DNA of 32,000 nucleotides from Candidatus Saccharimonadota bacterium (lineage in GTDB: Archaea; Nanobdellota; Nanobdellia; Pacearchaeales; GW2011-AR1). Below the pieces are notes generated by a model. It did no database searches. It saw nothing but the letters and a program-made list of their open reading frames with translations, and had not been told where the DNA came from. Made by a program: the position numbers and the translations under genes. The stretch spans positions 30,001 through 62,000 of the forward strand of contig JBEKXS010000001.1 in NCBI GenBank assembly GCA_049511795.1, written 5' to 3'. Below are positions 14,673 through 23,419 of this stretch, one piece after another. Positions within the stretch are counted from its first letter, which is position 1. The number at the start of each line of letters is the position of its first letter.

Positions 14673-15614
14673 TTATAAGCCTTTCTTATTGATATATTCA
14701 TATGCGCTGTATGCTGCTGTGCATGCGTCTGCAACTCCTGTTATAAGCTGCTTGAAAGGCTTGTCTGTAACATCTCCTGCTGCGAAAATACCAGGAATAT
14801 TTGTTTCAGAAGTCATATGGTTTATTATAATTTCTTTTTCCTTATTTAGCTTCACTCCAAGATTTTCCGCAAGCTCTGAGAGAATTATGTGACCTATTGC
14901 AACAAAAACACCATCGAGCTTAAGCTCTTTTGAACTTTTATAAGATTTATTTAACATAACAGATGTAACTGCTTCCTTACCTTTAACTTCAATGATGTTT
15001 GTGTTATTTATTACTTCAATCTTTTTGTTCTTTTGAACACGGGCAAAATTTATTGGTTCTGGATGTATTTTGGATCCCCTATATATTATATACACTTTCT
15101 TTGCATGCTCTGAAAGGAATAAAGCATCTTTAATAGCGCTGTCGCTTCCCCCGACAACTCCTACAATTTTATTTTTGTAAAGAGGGCCGTCACATAAAGC
15201 GCAGTAATGTACACCACGATTCATCAACCTGTCTGCACCAGGAACTTCCAATTTTCTCCATCTTGTTCCTGTCGCGAACAAAATTGTTTTTCCATTATAC
15301 TCTGCTTTTTTTGTTTTTACGCTGAAACCTGTTTTTATTTTCTTTATTTCCTCTGCTTTTTCTGTCTTTATTGTCACTAAATCATATGAGCGAGCATGCT
15401 CTTCAAGTTTTTTTGCTAATTCAAAACCCTTTATTTTTGTAAAACCCGGATAATTTTCAACAATGTCTGTTGTTGTAATAACTCCCCCAACAGGAAGGTC
15501 TGTTCCATGGCTGAACCCAAGAACAAGCGCTTTCATTCCAAGCCTTGCAGCATACATTGCCCCTGCTAAACCTGCTCCTCCACCACCAAGAATGATAAAG
15601 TCATAGGATTCCAT
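14673..15614 (-). CDS. Thioredoxin-reductase-like flavoprotein lacking the NADPH signature
   Basis: Contains GGGGAGLAGA (FAD site), the CALC redox dithiol and GGSDSA. The HRRDxFRA NADPH 2'-phosphate motif is replaced by YRGSKIHP. The start is taken at MESYDF. Confidence 0.75.
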   Translation of the reverse strand: MESYDFIILGGGGAGLAGAMYAARLGMKALVLGFSHGTDLPVGGVITTTDIVENYPGFTKIKGFELAKKLEEHARSYDLVTIKTEKAEEIKKIKTGFSVKTKKAEYNGKTILFATGTRWRKLEVPGADRLMNRGVHYCALCDGPLYKNKIVGVVGGSDSAIKDALFLSEHAKKVYIIYRGSKIHPEPINFARVQKNKKIEVINNTNIIEVKGKEAVTSVMLNKSYKSSKELKLDGVFVAIGHIILSELAENLGVKLNKEKEIIINHMTSETNIPGIFAAGDVTDKPFKQLITGVADACTAAYSAYEYINKKGL

Positions 15615-15743
15615 TATATTATAGCACAATTATTCCCCCTTAATTATAATTTATACTTTTTGTTAAACACTTATCATATATAAAGGTAGTCTTTAACCTA
15701 CTCTGTTAACTTAAAGGTTGGTTTTAGATATAATCTACAAATA

Positions 15744-15760
15744 ACAATAATTCTTTTAAA
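15744..15760 (+). promoter_or_regulatory. Conserved promoter module copy D (ACAATAATTCTTTTAAA)
   Basis: Same 17-mer as copies A and B. TTTTAAA lies 21 nt upstream of the second ATG (15782). Confidence 0.5.
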
Positions 15761-15781
15761 TGAAGAAATGAGATTAATATG

Positions 15782-16144
15782 ATGGAATTAGATAGTGCAA
15801 CTTTAAGCTATGATGGACGCTGGGGGACAGGTACATGTTATTTGCCAAATGCACAGAAATTTATTGAAGGACTTCCAATTGTAGTCATGGGATTTGGAGG
15901 AATAGTTCCAGAAGTGAGAATTTTTCCTAATCAAGATAATAATGGAGAGATTTTTATGGAAGTTCCACATGGCATCGTACTTCGTGGATTAGAAAGAATT
16001 CATTCTGCTGGATATGAAGCAAGATTAATTTATGATGACACAAATGAAGACAACCCTCAGTTATATATTTACAAGGGTTTGGCTCTAATTGTAACTAAAC
16101 AAAAGAAAGAGGGCATAAAAGTTAGGAGCCATAACTCATCTTAA
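15782..16144 (+). CDS. Hypothetical protein, 120 aa (starts MEL; motif EVPHGIVLR)
   Basis: ORF. The 15782 start is preferred because of the 21-nt promoter spacing and the shared ATGGAATTA start sequence. Confidence 0.55.
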   Translation: MELDSATLSYDGRWGTGTCYLPNAQKFIEGLPIVVMGFGGIVPEVRIFPNQDNNGEIFMEVPHGIVLRGLERIHSAGYEARLIYDDTNEDNPQLYIYKGLALIVTKQKKEGIKVRSHNSS

Positions 16145-16383
16145 TCAATTCTAACCATCTATTAGGAGTTTCAAACTTAACACTTGTAGCCAGTTCATAA
16201 GAAAGAAGATTACAATATAAGTGTTTAACCAAATGTTAAGCCTTTTAATTAAGATTATGAACGATAGATTTTATAAAAGCTTTGTTTGACAAATACAATC
16301 AATCATCATAAAATTTATAAAACACGATTTGGTTTAGACTAAATAATCCTTTTATACTTAAAGAGATGAAAGGAGGTTGAAAA

Positions 16384-17163
16384 ATGGAAGAAGAAAAAAC
16401 AGTAACAATAAGCAAATTAACTATCTGGAAATCAGCTGTTGTAATTCTTGTAATTGCTCTCGCTGCTTCTATCTTAACAGGCGGTTTTGGAATCAAAGGC
16501 TCAACAGGAGCTGCTGTAAATACACAAAACACTGGAGCGACACAACAACAAGGAACAACTAATGCTGACTTAAGCGCTTTCACAAGTAATTCTGATCTTT
16601 ATCCTTCTCTTGGACCAGACAATGCTAAAAATACAGTTGTTGAATTCGCAGACTTTCAGTGCCCTTACTGCGCATTAGCTTCTGGACTTCCAAGTTGGAC
16701 ATCACAATTTGCAAGCCAATATGGAAGCTTAATAGGAGCTGCAGGAAGTGCAGAACAAGCTGCTCAACAAGGACAAATCAAATTTGTCTTTGTAACAATG
16801 AATTTCCTTGATAATCCAACATCAACAAATGGTACTGAATCAACATATGCTGCAGAAGCAGGATTCTGCGCAAATGACCAAGGTCAATTCTGGGCAATGC
16901 ATGATGCAATTTACAAAGCAAGCACAGGACCAACTGAAGATGACGGAAAATATACTAAGGCTAACTTGATTAAACTTGCTCAAGGAATTTCTGGTTTGGA
17001 TATAACAAAATTCACGAGTTGTTTGAACAGTGATACAGATTTATCAAAGGTTCAGCAATCAGCAAGTGTAGCAAGCGCAATCGTGCAGGGAACACCTTCA
17101 TTCTATGTAAATGGACAGTCGGTTCAACCCTCTTGGACAGCAATCCAAGCAGCATTCAAATAA
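16384..17163 (+). CDS. Membrane-anchored DsbA-like thiol:disulfide oxidoreductase (CPYC)
   Basis: N-terminal TM helix, thioredoxin-fold FADFQCPYCA active site, and a GGAGGT Shine-Dalgarno 7 nt upstream. Confidence 0.8.
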   Translation: MEEEKTVTISKLTIWKSAVVILVIALAASILTGGFGIKGSTGAAVNTQNTGATQQQGTTNADLSAFTSNSDLYPSLGPDNAKNTVVEFADFQCPYCALASGLPSWTSQFASQYGSLIGAAGSAEQAAQQGQIKFVFVTMNFLDNPTSTNGTESTYAAEAGFCANDQGQFWAMHDAIYKASTGPTEDDGKYTKANLIKLAQGISGLDITKFTSCLNSDTDLSKVQQSASVASAIVQGTPSFYVNGQSVQPSWTAIQAAFK

Positions 17164-17256
17164 ATTTTTATTTTTTATCTCTTTTTCTTTTATATTTTTC
17201 TCGCCTAGCTTTTGCTATCAGAAACATTAATAAAGATTTTTTTGCTGACTTGAACA

Positions 17257-17967
17257 ATGATAATAAAAAAGTCGGTGCTGTGGACATTTGTTGTAATTAT
17301 ATTAATAGTTTTGTTCTTCCTTTTTTTGAATCCATTTGATTCATCTCCAAGTGTAGGAGCAATGAATCAATCTATATTTATGAGCAATCCAAGCATTTAC
17401 CCTTCTTTGGGTCCTGATAATGCAAAGAATGTTGTCATTGAATTTTCTGATTTTCAGTGCCCTTATTGCGCATTGGCTTCAGGACTCCCAAACTGGACAA
17501 GCCAATTTCAAGGAACACAATATGCAAGCATGATTAATGCTGCAGGAAATGCAGAGCAGGCTGCACAGCAGGGACAGATAAAATTTATTTTTGTGACAAT
17601 GAACTTCCTTGATGGAACAAATCATGGTGGAACAACAACTGAATCAACTTGGGCTGCAGAAGCAGCTTTCTGCGCAAATGATCAAGGAAAATTCTGGGCA
17701 ATGCATGACTTAATTTACGGAGCAAGCACAAGTCCTAGTGAAGATACTGGAAAATACACAAAAGCAAACCTTGAAATTCTTGCACAAAATATTCAGGGAC
17801 TTGACCAAACACAATTCAAAAATTGTCTTGAAAGCGACATAGATTTACTGAAAGTCCAGGCATCTGAAACAACTGCAATGTCAATAGTTACAGGAACTCC
17901 ATCATTCTTTGTCAATGGAAATCCTGTCCAGCCTTCATGGACAGCAATCCAGGCAGCATTCAAATAA
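17257..17967 (+). CDS. Membrane-anchored DsbA-like thiol:disulfide oxidoreductase, tandem paralog
   Basis: Collinear with the previous protein and near-identical in long stretches (YPSLGPDNAKN, DFQCPYCALASGLP, AEQAAQQGQIKF.FVTMNFLD, QPSWTAIQAAFK). Confidence 0.8.
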   Translation: MIIKKSVLWTFVVIILIVLFFLFLNPFDSSPSVGAMNQSIFMSNPSIYPSLGPDNAKNVVIEFSDFQCPYCALASGLPNWTSQFQGTQYASMINAAGNAEQAAQQGQIKFIFVTMNFLDGTNHGGTTTESTWAAEAAFCANDQGKFWAMHDLIYGASTSPSEDTGKYTKANLEILAQNIQGLDQTQFKNCLESDIDLLKVQASETTAMSIVTGTPSFFVNGNPVQPSWTAIQAAFK

Positions 17968-18036
17968 TTTTTTCTTCTAGATAATACCTTCATAACCTTT
18001 ATATGATGAATTTTGCTGAGAACTTAACTAAAAAAG

Positions 18037-18441
18037 ATGGCGCAATATTTACTTGCATTAATACTTTCTGTGATTGGCTTTGCACTTGCTTATCATATCT
18101 GGAATAAAAAGGCAAGCAAGGAAAAACTTGTTTGCATAATCGGAGAAGACTGCAGCAAGGTTGTTGAAAGCAAATACGGAAAAACTTTCGGAATTGACAA
18201 TACTGTTCTGGGCATGCTGTATTATTTTTTTGTGATGGTTGCAGCTTTGGTTACACTTTTTTTACCAATGTTTTTGACTATTCCTTTATTTGTCAAAGGA
18301 TTTCTAGCAATTGCTGGCTTGTCAGCATTGTTTTCGCTTTACCTAACTTTTGTACAGGTTGTTTTCCTGAAAGAATTCTGTGAATACTGCCTCGGAAACA
18401 CTTTAATAACAATTCTTATTTTCGTGATGCTGGTTTTGTAA
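18037..18441 (+). CDS. Vitamin K epoxide reductase (VKOR) homolog
   Basis: Four predicted TM helices, loop cysteines CIIGEDC and active-site CEYC in the last helix. Confidence 0.75.
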   Translation: MAQYLLALILSVIGFALAYHIWNKKASKEKLVCIIGEDCSKVVESKYGKTFGIDNTVLGMLYYFFVMVAALVTLFLPMFLTIPLFVKGFLAIAGLSALFSLYLTFVQVVFLKEFCEYCLGNTLITILIFVMLVL

Positions 18442-18494
18442 ATAAATCAGCATAAAGAAAATATTAATAAAGGTAAAATAATACAATATCCTTA

Positions 18495-18719
18495 ATGAGA
18501 GATGACACTTTAATCTGGATTATTATTGGAGCTGTCTTAGTCATTGCCATATTTTCAGGGCTTTGGAACGGATTTTTTGGATATAGCGGAATGATGGGCA
18601 TGATGTACGGCGCTTACGGATTTCCAATGATGATTTTTGGATGGATTTATGGAATATTAATTGTTGTCGCGCTTGCGCTTCTTGTTCTTTGGCTCGCAAA
18701 GAAAATTCAGGAGAAATAA
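18495..18719 (+). CDS. Small Gly/Met-rich membrane protein, 74 aa
   Basis: Two hydrophobic helices flank GYSGMMGMMYGAYGFPMM. Confidence 0.45.
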   Translation: MRDDTLIWIIIGAVLVIAIFSGLWNGFFGYSGMMGMMYGAYGFPMMIFGWIYGILIVVALALLVLWLAKKIQEK

Positions 18720-18720
18720 A

Positions 18721-18882
18721 ATGAGAATACTTTCAATACCTTTGGTTGTTTTGATTTTAATTATACTATTTGTGTTAATATTTGTTGGAATAATTATCAG
18801 CATGCTTGAGAAGCTTCTTATTCTTGCTATTTTGGTTCTTGTTGTTATCTGGCTTTTCAAGCAGGTAAAGAAGAAGAGATAA
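18721..18882 (+). CDS. Small membrane protein, 53 aa
   Basis: The ATG lies 1 nt after the previous stop. Two hydrophobic helices. The ORF-track 18661 start overlaps the upstream gene. Confidence 0.4.
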   Translation: MRILSIPLVVLILIILFVLIFVGIIISMLEKLLILAILVLVVIWLFKQVKKKR

Positions 18883-19611
18883 TTATTTTTTCAGCCATTC
18901 ATAGCCTTTTTCTTCCAAATGGTCGACAAGTTTCCCAGCACCTTCTTTGACAATTTTTCCATTAAGCATTATTGAAACTTTGTCTGGTTTTACATATTCA
19001 AGAATTCTTTTGTAATGAGTTATTATCAAAACTGTTTTATCTTTTGACATGAACTTGTTTATTCCGTTAGCAATTATTCTTAGGGAATCTATATCCAAGC
19101 CAGAATCTGTTTCATCAAGGATTGCAACCTGTGGATTCAGGACAAGAAGTTGAAGTATTTCTGATTTTTTCTTTTCTCCACCGGAAAATCCCTTGTTTAG
19201 ATAGCGAGACAGGAATTCTCGCGGGATTTTCAGTTCGTCTGCTGTTTTCTCCAGCAATTCCTGAAATTCCATTAAAGAAAGCTTTTTTTCATGGACAGAA
19301 TTGTAGGCTTGCCTCAAAAAGCTTGAAAGCTTTACACCTTCAATTTCAATAGGATTCTGGAATGAGAGAAACAAACCTAATTTTGCCCTTTCGCTGACGC
19401 TTAATTTCAAAATATCCTGATCATTGAATAAAATTTGCCCTTCATTAACATTATATCTTGGATCACCTGCAATTATATTTGCTAAAGTTGATTTTCCGCT
19501 TCCATTTGGACCCATCAAAGCATTAACTTTTCCTTGCTCAAGATTTAAGTTAAGTCCTTTCAGGATTTCTTTTCCTTTGAAAGCAACATGGAGATTTTTT
19601 ATTTCAAACAT
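18883..19611 (-). CDS. sufC: Fe-S cluster assembly ATPase SufC
   Basis: Walker A GPNGSGKST, ABC signature FSGGEKKK, Walker B ILDETDSGLD. Confidence 0.9.
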   Translation of the reverse strand: MFEIKNLHVAFKGKEILKGLNLNLEQGKVNALMGPNGSGKSTLANIIAGDPRYNVNEGQILFNDQDILKLSVSERAKLGLFLSFQNPIEIEGVKLSSFLRQAYNSVHEKKLSLMEFQELLEKTADELKIPREFLSRYLNKGFSGGEKKKSEILQLLVLNPQVAILDETDSGLDIDSLRIIANGINKFMSKDKTVLIITHYKRILEYVKPDKVSIMLNGKIVKEGAGKLVDHLEEKGYEWLKK

Positions 19612-19613
19612 TT

Positions 19614-19901
19614 TTATAAACTATATTTTTTAAGAAGCTCATCTGAATAATCTTTTTCTACATCTGACAATTCCCACCTGACTCCATCCCTTATAACAAG
19701 ACCTCTTTCGTCTGGTACAAATTCGGTAAAGTGATAGCAACGAATATCATTATCTATTCTTGCCAGAATAACATATTCTAATTTTTTACCTGATTCAACA
19801 CCTACAATAAGAGTTTTTCCTAAATGAATTCCCCCTCTTTGATTTTCTCTTTTCAATAATGTTCTGTTTATCATTCCAGGGGGCAATCTTTCTGTTAACA
19901 T
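19614..19901 (-). CDS. Orphan 95-aa protein embedded between sufU and sufC
   Basis: ORF with 1-nt and 2-nt gaps to its neighbours. No family recognised. Confidence 0.5.
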   Translation of the reverse strand: MLTERLPPGMINRTLLKRENQRGGIHLGKTLIVGVESGKKLEYVILARIDNDIRCYHFTEFVPDERGLVIRDGVRWELSDVEKDYSDELLKKYSL

Positions 19902-19902
19902 T

Positions 19903-20277
19903 TTACTTTAACGCTCCTTTAACAGCTTCAAAAGAAAGCAGCGCGCATTTCATTCTTGAGGGAGTTAATTTTGTTTTCAAAAGATCAAGAGCTTCTTCAC
20001 CTTTCATGTTTTTTACCTGAGAAATAGGCATCCCTTTGATTTTGTCTGTAAGCAAGGAGGAAGAAACCATTGAAACAACACAACCAGAGCCAGAGAATTT
20101 TATATCATCGATTTTTCCAGCTTTAACATTCATCTCAACAGTTATTTCATCGCCGCAGATTGAATTGTGCGAAGTATGCTTATGGCTTGGATTTTTTAGT
20201 TCTCCGAAATTGCTTGGGCTTTTGTATAACTCAAGTATTTCTTCCCTGTACATGTCATCTACATTTTCGTGGGCCAT
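19903..20277 (-). CDS. sufU: SufU/IscU-like Fe-S scaffold or sulfur acceptor
   Basis: Carries NSICGDEI, GSGCVVS and MKCALL, the three conserved Cys motifs of the NifU-N/SufU family. Confidence 0.85.
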   Translation of the reverse strand: MAHENVDDMYREEILELYKSPSNFGELKNPSHKHTSHNSICGDEITVEMNVKAGKIDDIKFSGSGCVVSMVSSSLLTDKIKGMPISQVKNMKGEEALDLLKTKLTPSRMKCALLSFEAVKGALK

Positions 20278-20278
20278 T

Positions 20279-21502
20279 TTATTTGAATTTCTCCTGGGCT
20301 TCTTTTAATGAATCAACAAGAGCATCAATATCTTCCAAAGTATTGTAAAAAGCAAGACTTGCCCTACAAACACCGTTTTTTGCATTAATTATAGACATCA
20401 AAGGCATTGCGCAGCAATGTCCTGCCCTGACAGCAATCTTTTTTTCATTGAGAATTTCTGAAATGTCATGAGGATGTATAGAACCTAAAGTAAAAGATAT
20501 CACAGGTATGCTTTCTCCAGTGTTTGGATGATAAATTTTTATTCCAGGAACTTCGTTTAATCTTTTTAATGCATATTTCAGCAAATAAGCTTCCCATTCC
20601 TTTATGTTATCAAGTCCTATTTTTTTAGTGTAATCAATTGCTTCTGCCAAACCGATTGCTTCTGCAATGTTTTGTGTTCCAGCCTCGAATTTCTCAGGCA
20701 GTTTTGTCCATGTCGCTGAATCAAATTTAACAAATTCAATCATGCCGCCACCAAAATTGAAAGGCGGCAGTTTTTCCAACAATTGCTTTTTTCCATAAAG
20801 AATACCAATTCCATTCGGTCCAAGCATTTTGTGGCTTGAAAAAGCAAGAAAATCGCAGTCAAGAGATTTTACATCAACAGGAATGTGCTGGATTGCCTGC
20901 GCTGCGTCAATTATTGTTATTGCTCCCTTTTCTTTTGCGAGCTTGACCATTTCTTTTACAGGATTTACTGTTCCAAGAACATTTGAAGCATATGCAACAG
21001 AGACAATTGCTATTTTGTCTGTTAGCTTTTTCTTAAAGTCCTCAATATTAAGAGTAAAATCAGGATTTACCTTAACAAAATTTAATTTCCATCCATTTCT
21101 TTTGCATAATTCCTGCCACGGAACAAGATTTGAGTGATGTTCCATTTCTGTAATAATAATTTCATTTTTTCCTTTTGGAATAATTTCAGAAATTGTGTAA
21201 GCCAGCAAGTTAATTGATTCTGTTGTGTTTCTTGTGAATATTATTTCATCTTGCTCCGCATGAATAAAATCAGCTATAACTTTTCTTGCCTGGTCATATC
21301 TTTTCATTGCTTTTTCTGCAAGAGTGTAAATTCCGCGACCGATGTTTGCATTATCTTTTTCAGAGAAATTCTTTACAGTGTTTATCACACTTGTTGGCCT
21401 TTGGCTTGTTGCTGCGTTGTCCAAGTAAACAAGACCAAGATTATGGCTGAAAATAGGGAAATCCTTCTTTATCTGCTTTGCAACTTCATTTGTTATTTTC
21501 AT
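20279..21502 (-). CDS. sufS: Cysteine desulfurase SufS (class V aminotransferase)
   Basis: PLP-lysine context FSSHKMLGP and active-site RAGHCCA. The start is taken at MKITNE, 1 nt after the sufB stop. Confidence 0.9.
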   Translation of the reverse strand: MKITNEVAKQIKKDFPIFSHNLGLVYLDNAATSQRPTSVINTVKNFSEKDNANIGRGIYTLAEKAMKRYDQARKVIADFIHAEQDEIIFTRNTTESINLLAYTISEIIPKGKNEIIITEMEHHSNLVPWQELCKRNGWKLNFVKVNPDFTLNIEDFKKKLTDKIAIVSVAYASNVLGTVNPVKEMVKLAKEKGAITIIDAAQAIQHIPVDVKSLDCDFLAFSSHKMLGPNGIGILYGKKQLLEKLPPFNFGGGMIEFVKFDSATWTKLPEKFEAGTQNIAEAIGLAEAIDYTKKIGLDNIKEWEAYLLKYALKRLNEVPGIKIYHPNTGESIPVISFTLGSIHPHDISEILNEKKIAVRAGHCCAMPLMSIINAKNGVCRASLAFYNTLEDIDALVDSLKEAQEKFK

Positions 21503-21503
21503 T

Positions 21504-22913
21504 TTATACAACAGAGTTTTCAATCTCCAACTCAATCAATCTGTTTAATTCAACTGCATATTCAAGAGGCAATTCTCTTATTAAAGGTTCAATAAATCCA
21601 GAGACAATAATCTTTGTTGCCTCTTTTTCTGAGAGGCCACGAGACATCAAGTAAAACAGCTGCTCATCTCCTATTTTTCCAACAGCTGCTTCATGAGAAA
21701 CTTCAACTTCATTTTCATCAACTTCCATGCTTGGGAAAGTTGTTGCTTTGCTTTTGTTGTCCAACATAAGACCGTCGCAGCGAACGCTTGATTTTGAGCC
21801 TGTACAGCCGTTTTTTACCTTTACAAGACCACGATAAGCTGTTATTCCGCCGTTCATGCAAATGCTTTTGCTTATTATGTGCGAGCTTGTGTTTTTTGCA
21901 AAATGATATGCTTTGCATCCTGTATCTTGATATTGCCCGGCGTTTGCATATGCAATTCCTGTGTAGTCTGTTTTTGCATTTTCCCCTATAAGAACAGAAG
22001 AAGGGTAAAGCATTGTTACCTTGCTCCCTGTATTTCCATTTACCCATTCCATTATACCATTTTCATGAACAATCGCGCGTTTTGTGTTAAGATTGTAAAC
22101 ATTTTTGCTCCAGTTTTCAATGCTTGAATAACGGACACGGGCATTTTTCAAGACGTGAATTTCAACACCTCCTGCATGAAGAGAATTTTCAGAATAAACA
22201 GGAGCAGAACAACCTTCTATATAATGAACTTCGCTGCCTTCGTCTGCAATTATCAAAGTATGCTCGAATTGTCCTCCTTTTCTTGCATTCATCCTGAAAT
22301 AAGCCTGAAGAGGCAGGTCAACTTTAACTCCTTTAGGAACATAAATGAATGTTCCCCCTGACCAAAAAGCTCCATGAAGAGCTGTAAACTTATGAAGATT
22401 TGCAGGAATGCAATTTGTCATGAAATATTTTTTGAATAATTCAGGATGCTGTTTTAAACCCTCATCGCAGTCAAGGAAAATAACGCCAATATCTTCCCAT
22501 TGTTTTTTCAGCTTGTGGTAAATGACCTCTGATTCATATTGAGCCCCAACACCCGCAAGAGCTTCCCTTTCAGCCCTTGGAATTCCTAATTTTTCATAAG
22601 TATTTTTTATATCTTCAGGAACATCATCCCATGTTTTTGCATTTTTCTTTGCATCTGGCTTTATGAAATATGAAATTTCCTGCAGATTCAAATCAGCAAG
22701 GCTTGGCCCGAAGTTTGGCATTGGCATTTCATTGAATAATTTTAATGCATCAAGCCTTTTTTGCAGCATCCACTCTGGCTCGTTCTTGTCTTTTGAAATT
22801 TGGCGCACAAGCTCTTCGCTTACTCCAGCTGTTGCTTTGAATTTCAGTTTCTCTGGGTCGCTATGGTCATAAATTTCTCTACTTATTTTTATTTTTTGCT
22901 CTTGTTTTTCCAT
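21504..22913 (-). CDS. sufB: Fe-S cluster assembly protein SufB
   Basis: 469 aa with typical SufB/SufD beta-helix core and C-terminal FIEP..LP.EYA..LN motif. Confidence 0.9.
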   Translation of the reverse strand: MEKQEQKIKISREIYDHSDPEKLKFKATAGVSEELVRQISKDKNEPEWMLQKRLDALKLFNEMPMPNFGPSLADLNLQEISYFIKPDAKKNAKTWDDVPEDIKNTYEKLGIPRAEREALAGVGAQYESEVIYHKLKKQWEDIGVIFLDCDEGLKQHPELFKKYFMTNCIPANLHKFTALHGAFWSGGTFIYVPKGVKVDLPLQAYFRMNARKGGQFEHTLIIADEGSEVHYIEGCSAPVYSENSLHAGGVEIHVLKNARVRYSSIENWSKNVYNLNTKRAIVHENGIMEWVNGNTGSKVTMLYPSSVLIGENAKTDYTGIAYANAGQYQDTGCKAYHFAKNTSSHIISKSICMNGGITAYRGLVKVKNGCTGSKSSVRCDGLMLDNKSKATTFPSMEVDENEVEVSHEAAVGKIGDEQLFYLMSRGLSEKEATKIIVSGFIEPLIRELPLEYAVELNRLIELEIENSVV

Positions 22914-23133
22914 TTTTCTTATTTGATATCACTTTATTTACATCTTTCAGCATCATTCCTATTTCCTCGTCAGACATTCCATGCATCATTGCGCCGTTTT
23001 CCAATGTATCAAACTCTGAAAAATGGCATCCTATGCAGTGCAATCCATATGAAATCAATATCTCTATTGCTTCAGGATGTTGCTCAATTAAAGGGTTTAT
23101 TGGCGTTTGCCTTGTAATTTCTTGTATTTTCAT
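22879..23133 (-). CDS. DUF1858 hybrid-cluster-associated redox disulfide protein
   Basis: ..HPEAIEILISYGLHCIGCHFSEFDTLENGAMMHG.. matches the DUF1858 CxGC pattern. Its 3' end overlaps the sufB start by 35 nt. Confidence 0.7.
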   Translation of the reverse strand: MKIQEITRQTPINPLIEQHPEAIEILISYGLHCIGCHFSEFDTLENGAMMHGMSDEEIGMMLKDVNKVISNKKNGKTRAKNKNK

Positions 23134-23414
23134 AACTTATCTATTTTGGCTGCGACTTTAAAATCTTTCTCTGTCAGCCCACCTGCAGAATGAGTTGTAA
23201 GCTTTACTTCTACTTTGTTGTAATCATGAATTCTTACATCTGGATGATGCTCTTCCTCATTTGCAAGAGGAACTATCTTATCAACGAATTCCACAGCTGC
23301 TGTGAAATCAGGGAATTCAAACAAGCGCATTATGTACTGCCCATTGTCTTCAAGGCTCCAGTCAGGAGTTTTCTCAAGATACGAGCTAATCTGCGCTATA
23401 CCTAAAGGAGGCAT
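23130..23414 (-). CDS. Pterin-4a-carbinolamine dehydratase (PCD/DCoH) family protein
   Basis: EEHHPDV..Y.KV.V.LTTHSAGGLTEKD signature. The start is taken at MPPLGI. A 4-nt ATGA overlap links it to the downstream gene. Confidence 0.8.
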   Translation of the reverse strand: MPPLGIAQISSYLEKTPDWSLEDNGQYIMRLFEFPDFTAAVEFVDKIVPLANEEEHHPDVRIHDYNKVEVKLTTHSAGGLTEKDFKVAAKIDKL

Positions 23415-23419
23415 AGAAA

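Noticed and set aside
14651-14734. Long form of the ferredoxin ORF starting at 14734.
   Set aside because: The N-terminal 28 codons would overlap the 3' end of the TrxR-like gene and add no recognisable domain. The internal ATG at 14650 gives a compact ferredoxin.
15630-15743. Possible ncRNA or tRNA-like element in the TrxR/15782 intergenic region (repeated ttaaaggt, short stems).
   Set aside because: Only 4-bp stems are present. There is no cloverleaf or conserved box, and the AT-rich sequence is consistent with divergent promoters.
16299-16583. 94-aa minus-strand ORF upstream of and overlapping the first DsbA-like gene.
   Set aside because: It is antisense to the DsbA-like 5' region, which has a strong SD (GGAGGT). 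There is no TATA at the expected spacing, and it looks like the mirror image of the TM-helix coding region.
21718-22361. ORFs overlapping sufB on both strands (21718-22047, 21788-21991, 21879-22127, 22155-22361).
   Set aside because: They are alternative frames or antisense to a full-length conserved SufB. Their Arg/Cys/Lys-rich composition is typical of off-frame translation.
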